A DNA stretch of 56,126 nucleotides from Rotaria socialis. Its lineage: Eukaryota. Under the pieces are notes generated by a model. That model was not told the DNA's origin and did not search any database. It saw only the letters and a program-made list of their open reading frames with translations. The position numbers and the translations under genes were made by a program. This document shows, in pieces, positions 50,622-56,126 of this stretch. How positions within the stretch are numbered: the first letter of the stretch is position 1; every line of letters begins with the position of its first letter. Location of the stretch: positions 124,001 through 180,126 of the forward strand of contig CAJNYD010000551.1 in the NCBI GenBank assembly GCA_905331295.1. Reading direction: 5' to 3'.

Positions 50622-50782
50622 TTCAAGAATGTTGTGAATTATATCTTATCGCATAATAAAGATTAATGAAATAAATATTGATTATCTAACCTTTGATTTT
50701 ATTACTTTGTATATCCACAGGTTTAATTATTTTGACGTTAATTGTAAAAATATTCTTGACAACATAAAATGAGCGACAAGCA

Positions 50783-50871
50783 TACCCCGTCCCATAATAG
50801 AAGCTCCATGGGACTTCCAAACTGAGCAGCGTTCAAATTTTTTAAAGGGAACTTCTACTATGGGAGGGCTA
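50783..50871. repeat. Short TA-flanked inverted repeat (mini-MITE), followed by repeat-like DNA to ~51500
   Basis: TACCCCGTCCCATAATAGAAGCTCC vs GGAACTTCTACTATGGGAGGGCTA, imperfect reverse complements. Confidence 0.55.
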
Positions 50872-51667
50872 CTACTGCGACTTTCGTACAGAAGTTTCAA
50901 AAAAAACTCAAAAAATCAGGATAATCAGGAAAATCAAAAGAATCAATGACTCGATCTAACATAAGTGATAAATTTTTTAATCTCTGCTGTCCAAAATATC
51001 AATTTAGGCTGAAACAACTTGAAACAGATTGCTCTGATTTCTAAGTTTATTTAATATTTTTAGCTTTTAAAGCTTTTAATTTATTGGTGATTTTTTTCGA
51101 GCTTTTTTAATTTTAAATCAATTGATTTACAAGCAAGAAAATAAAAAAATCACAGAAATAAGAAAAGTCTGACTTCAGATGTAAGGGAAGTTAGCGACAG
51201 ACTCGAGTTTTTCCTGAAACGATTCGCCCCATTAATCGTGTCACTTCTTGAATGTAGCGTGCCACATAGAATTCGATGAGCTCTATGTAATGCTATATTC
51301 AAAAATTACCTTTGCATCAAAGGAAAAGAAATACCGATCAAAATATGATTTATCATCATGGGACAAAATGTACACTTTTAATATTTCCTGAATATATTCG
51401 ATGCCTCGCGCGTATCCCTTTTGAAACTTATATCATTCGATGCAGTTCGATGAGTTGTATCGATTGATGTATGCCTGGATATGATGAAGAGTACCACATC
51501 AACAAGAACCCGAAAGACCAATTATGCTACATACAAAATCATCCCTATGGATAGTTTCAGTTGACCAGACATACAACTGGTGATTTATGATTCAGTCAAT
51601 ACAGCTGTCTGTGTTTTATGAGTTGAGGCATCATTCTACTTAATCAGCCATCGTATATCTACAATCA

Positions 51668-51742
51668 TACGTGAAATGGTGTGGGTGTTGGTGTCGATCC
51701 GGTGTCGTTGTGGAGTATTAGACAAGACAGCAATTCACACCC
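51668..51742 (+). repeat. Left copy of the inverted repeat pair around SLC52
   Basis: GGTGTCGTTGTGGAGTATTAGACAAGACAGCAATTCACACCC is nearly the reverse complement of 54342-54383. Confidence 0.85.
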
Positions 51743-52685
51743 ACGCCGAAAAGTTTTAAAGGCCATAACAATTTTAGAACAAAACACTATGGAAAACTGT
51801 TTCGTAACTTTTTTTAATCTTAGAAAAGATTTCATCACATTAGAAAAATTTCGACTAATTTGAACTGTACAATGAATGAATACAATAATAATCCTGTACG
51901 AAAAGACACGCTCCACAAAGGAAAAAACAAACGATTTTATGGTATCATTTGTGTCGACTCTTTTTTTATTACCATCGATGACAGTCAAAAAAAATGAGAT
52001 CTATTCAGAGTGAGTGGTTACAAGAAGTTATAAAGTTTGAATGAAAAATAAACCATATTGAGTTCTCTGTCATTCTGTATTATTTTGAATAAGACACATG
52101 CTTTCTGTGACATATTCAGTCAATCACTTATTTTTCACTTTATAAATCCTAAATTGACTATATCAAGCTATTTAATCCCATCGCCGACTGCCTATTGTTC
52201 TTTTATATGACGCCAACTATTTTAGCATCATGCGAAAGCCTTCATTGTTATAAACAATTGCATCTATAGGATCCTTGAAAATACTGATAGTGGATAATGA
52301 AAACTATCGTTAAACTTGCAGCAAACTTGCCCAACGTCATTTGTCCTAAAATTTGTATGACCATTGACAAACATCTTCAATCAAATTCTTTCATATAGTT
52401 TTGCACCCGATATTTTTCTCTTTCTAAAAATATGAAGTCGTCAAGACATTTCATTGCAGTGGTATTTGAAAAGCAAAATTAATACGGAGTCTTCATCCTA
52501 TTCATTTGCTTTTCATCAATATGCTCTTTTTTCATAGATAAAAGATAGCACAGTGACTGATTCTAACTACACCTATCAAAGATTATAATGTGTCCTGACA
52601 AGAATATGTATGCTTTTCTTTAAACATATAAATAATTCTGTGTCTCAATTGAATATTGTTCCATAATTAAAACTATTTTCAGACA

Positions 52686-53949
52686 ATGGACCATCAATGG
52701 AATCTAAATCAATATATAACTTACATTTTATTAACACTTGTTTTTCTTTCATCATGGACAGATATTAATGGAATGTATGCAGAACTGCCACAAGTTATTT
52801 TAACTCAACCTGAAAGTTGGAAATTAGGTGCAAATCTAGCGTTAATTACAAATTTTGGTAATATTTCACCCTTAATACTTGTTCTTATTAAATGTTTGTA
52901 CCGAAAGCATACACTTAATCCAGTACCAATTAATTATATTGTTATACTCATTGGTATGCTCTCATGTTTTTTATTAATTTTCCTTTGGTCATATACAACA
53001 GTCATTGCTAATGTAAGACGTAGTACAGCATTATTAACTCTTGCATTATTTCTTTCGTTACTCGATTGTACATCATCAGTTTCATTTGCTGATTATATAC
53101 ATCGATTTCGAAAAGAATTTACGAGTGCATTTTTCCTTGGTGAAAGTCTTACATTTACTATACCAAGTCTATTGGCAATTGCACAAGGTAATGGTCGAAT
53201 TCGTTGTGTTCAAGCAATCAATGGAACAAATACAACTGAAGCCATTTATGAACCTCCACGATTTTCAGTATCAATCTATTTTTTATGTTTATTTATTCTG
53301 TTAACCATTTCATTTATCTCATTCGTACTTTTTACAATGGACATCTATTGCTCGAAATGCAAATCAAATCGTACCGGAAGAATCATTGGAAATAATGAAT
53401 ACAATTGATAAAAAAGAAAAATCGTTAACTACGCCATGCTACATTCTTCTTTCATTAGGATGTGCTTATATCAGTTCAATTGTGTTTGGAATGATTCTAT
53501 CAATTTCCGCATATGCTTTAATGCCTTATGGACATAACATTTTTTATCTAGGAACAATTCTTTCACCATGGATGTTGACATTTGTTTGGATACTTGGTAT
53601 AATAAAACCTATTTTACCGAAATGTTTTATATTAATTTTAATTATACTTGGATCATTTACATTTGCATTGATTATGTATGTTTCTTTCAAAAGTCCGTGT
53701 CCTCCATGGGTTGATACAACTAAGGGAAGTGCTTTAATTTTATTTATATGGCTTAGTAATTACATATTGTTGGGTTATCCTCGTTTGATTATTGCAAATT
53801 ATATACGAACATATTCTCCTAATGGAATGTTTTGGTTTGGTGTTCAAGTACAATTTGGGGGATTAGTTGGCTCCATTATTTCTTATCTTTTTATTGAAAC
53901 ATTTTCGTTATTTCGTGAACGAATACCATGTGAACAATATAATTGTTAA
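52686..53949 (+). CDS. SLC52A: Riboflavin transporter, intronless, with a +1 frameshift in the T-run at 53329-53333
   Basis: SSWTDINGMYAELP, PESWKL, NFGNISP, LLDCTSSVSF, FFLGESL, PPRFSVS, YALMPYG, SPCPP. Deleting one T fuses ORFs 52686-53408 and 53386-53949 through VLLQWTSIARNANQ. Confidence 0.88.
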
Positions 53950-54341
53950 ACAAAATTTTCTTTTTGTTATTAATAAAATGAGTTCACCATGAAGAATTTT
54001 ATAGGAACCAGAGATGGGATCGGTTACGTTGGAGAGAACTTATGTAATTTTAGTTTGAGCTTAATGGCTTTGGGGTGTGAATCAGTAGAAATTCATAGAA
54101 GAGACACCCACACTCTTATCGTTCTTATTTAGATTTTAGTATCTGCTGTGCTGTGCTGTGCATTATTGAATAAAAATGGAAAAAGAGAAACAGTGGCAAT
54201 TCATTTAGTTCAACTAGAAGTACACTGATAAAATATCCGGGTAATGATCTACCCCAGTACTTAAAAAAATCCCCAATAAACCCTTGACAAGTTTATTCGA
54301 ATGCGATGAACCTTAGGATATGACTGGATGTGCGTGTGGAC

Positions 54342-54421
54342 GGGTGTGAATTGCTGTCTCGTCTAATATCCCACAACGACACCGAACCGACGCTGACACC
54401 CACACCCACACCCTCACGGTA
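54342..54421 (-). repeat. Right copy of the inverted repeat pair; may extend left to ~54236 as a longer dispersed repeat
   Basis: GGGTGTGAATTGCTGTCTCGTCTAATATCCCACAACGACACC...CACACCCTCACGGTA. Confidence 0.85.
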
Positions 54422-55093
54422 TAACACTGCAACACACTGACGTTACTAATCGAGGATAAAATCTAATACTAATTATTCAAGATAACCTACTGTGTTTTAT
54501 TTGTTTTTTTCAAACGCTGAGGTTGCCAAACAAGACAAGGATTTCTATCCAAAATGCTTGATCCAGTTTTCGGATCTTTTCTTCCTAATTTATGCCATTC
54601 TGTCATTGTTGCAGCCTGTGAACGGCAATTATCATGATAATATTTAAAACCGTTCTTAATAAAATCCTACTTTCAAAGACAAAAAAAAGCGAAATCATGA
54701 GGATGTGATGTGAGACTAAGAGTATGTTCCATAGTGAAGTAAAATACGTCTCGTTTCAATTACAGTTTAAGTAGTTCTAGTTGAGTATCTTTATAATATA
54801 TTATTACAATTCAAACGACATATATATTTACATGTTATTGACTTGTTCGAATTATTGTTTAATTTAATTTGGTTGTCTTATATGTGACTTCCTATGATGA
54901 GAGTGTTCATACATCACTCTTTATCTTATGATTTTTCCTCTTCAACATATATCTTGTCGTTCATGCGTTTATAACTAAGATTGGTTTGTTGCTTATCTGT
55001 TGACTGGAATACATATATCATGTGCCATGATTATCTTTTCTGTTATTCTCATCTTTTTTCGCTATGTCTATCTTTTATCTTGCTATATCTTTT

Positions 55094-55096
<3 letters not shown>

Positions 55097-55125
<29 letters not shown>
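55097..55125. repeat. (CT)n microsatellite
   Basis: Direct read. Confidence 0.9.
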
Positions 55126-55128
<3 letters not shown>

Positions 55129-55847
55129 CTGCGTATATAAACGCTTGTTGTGGATGTTAACGATGCGATTTGTGATATGAAGAAGCTAAATAAAGCGTAG
55201 TTCCATCAGCGCAAGCATTTCTTGTATCTAAAATCGTCACATTATATTCTTATTTTGAAATTTTTTTACCTTTCAATAGATGTGTCGTTAACTAAATCTT
55301 TCGATTGTTTTAATAAAGTAATAGATTGGAATTATACTTTCTGAAGACGATGCAAGTTCTATGCGAAACGTGTCTAATCCTTTTTAGAATTTATTTTAAT
55401 TGATTATGGAACACAAAATAATTCTCAGTCGAAATAGAGATGTACCCTTACTGTTATAGTTAAATTACCATGTCACTTTATTTCTTACTTATAACAAGAA
55501 GCACTTTCGATTTTGCAGCATGGTCTTTTACACTCATGAATATATGCCATCATGAAATTAGTAAAAATTCATCAATTTGCGGTCGACTACGGTATTTAAT
55601 ATTAGATCATCATCATTCTTTGAAAATGTCTATATACACATTTTACACATAACGTATTATGGATTACAATATTTTCTGAGATCTGCAACAATAGGATCCG
55701 TTAATTAAAGTGTTCTATTCATAAAGGAAAGCGTTTTCTCAGCGGCTTGAAATACGTCTCTGATTCACAGACAACAAATTATTTTAATATTCAGCGTTGT
55801 TTCTTTATTTCAAAAGATTTTTATCCAATATAAAACTGGAAAAGTAC

Positions 55848-56126
<279 letters not shown>

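Noticed and set aside
53325..53340. Programmed ribosomal frameshift in SLC52
   Set aside because: No canonical slippery heptamer or evident downstream structure; similar indels occur in other genes of this window.

Overview
AT-rich eukaryotic DNA from an intron-rich animal genome, with mostly 50-70 nt GT-AG introns. The best inference is a bdelloid rotifer, because core metazoan genes are interleaved with apparently foreign (HGT) genes, bdelloid-type lineage families and many MITEs. Core genes: SLC20 phosphate transporter, Ku80/XRCC5, FAF1, LAMTOR1, TMEM230, a KRAS-like Ras, a CPVL-like carboxypeptidase, an SLC52 riboflavin transporter and the 3' end of a trypsin-like protease. There are four HGT candidates: (1) a Bacteroidetes-type alkaline-phosphatase-superfamily enzyme fused through two new spliced exons to a cytosolic tail and TM anchor; (2) a 40-aa Cys/His microprotein missed by the ORF track; (3) a secreted protein with a microbial-type beta domain; (4) a fungal-type GRE2/aldehyde-reductase-like SDR. 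The window also holds two adjacent long foldback elements, hAT- and mariner-type MITEs, a decayed Penelope-like retroelement, three pseudogenes, and an inverted repeat pair bracketing SLC52. Single-base homopolymer indels break Ku80, TMEM230 and SLC52 and may be assembly errors. No rRNA, tRNA or CRISPR array was seen. All homology calls come from motif recognition, not database searches.
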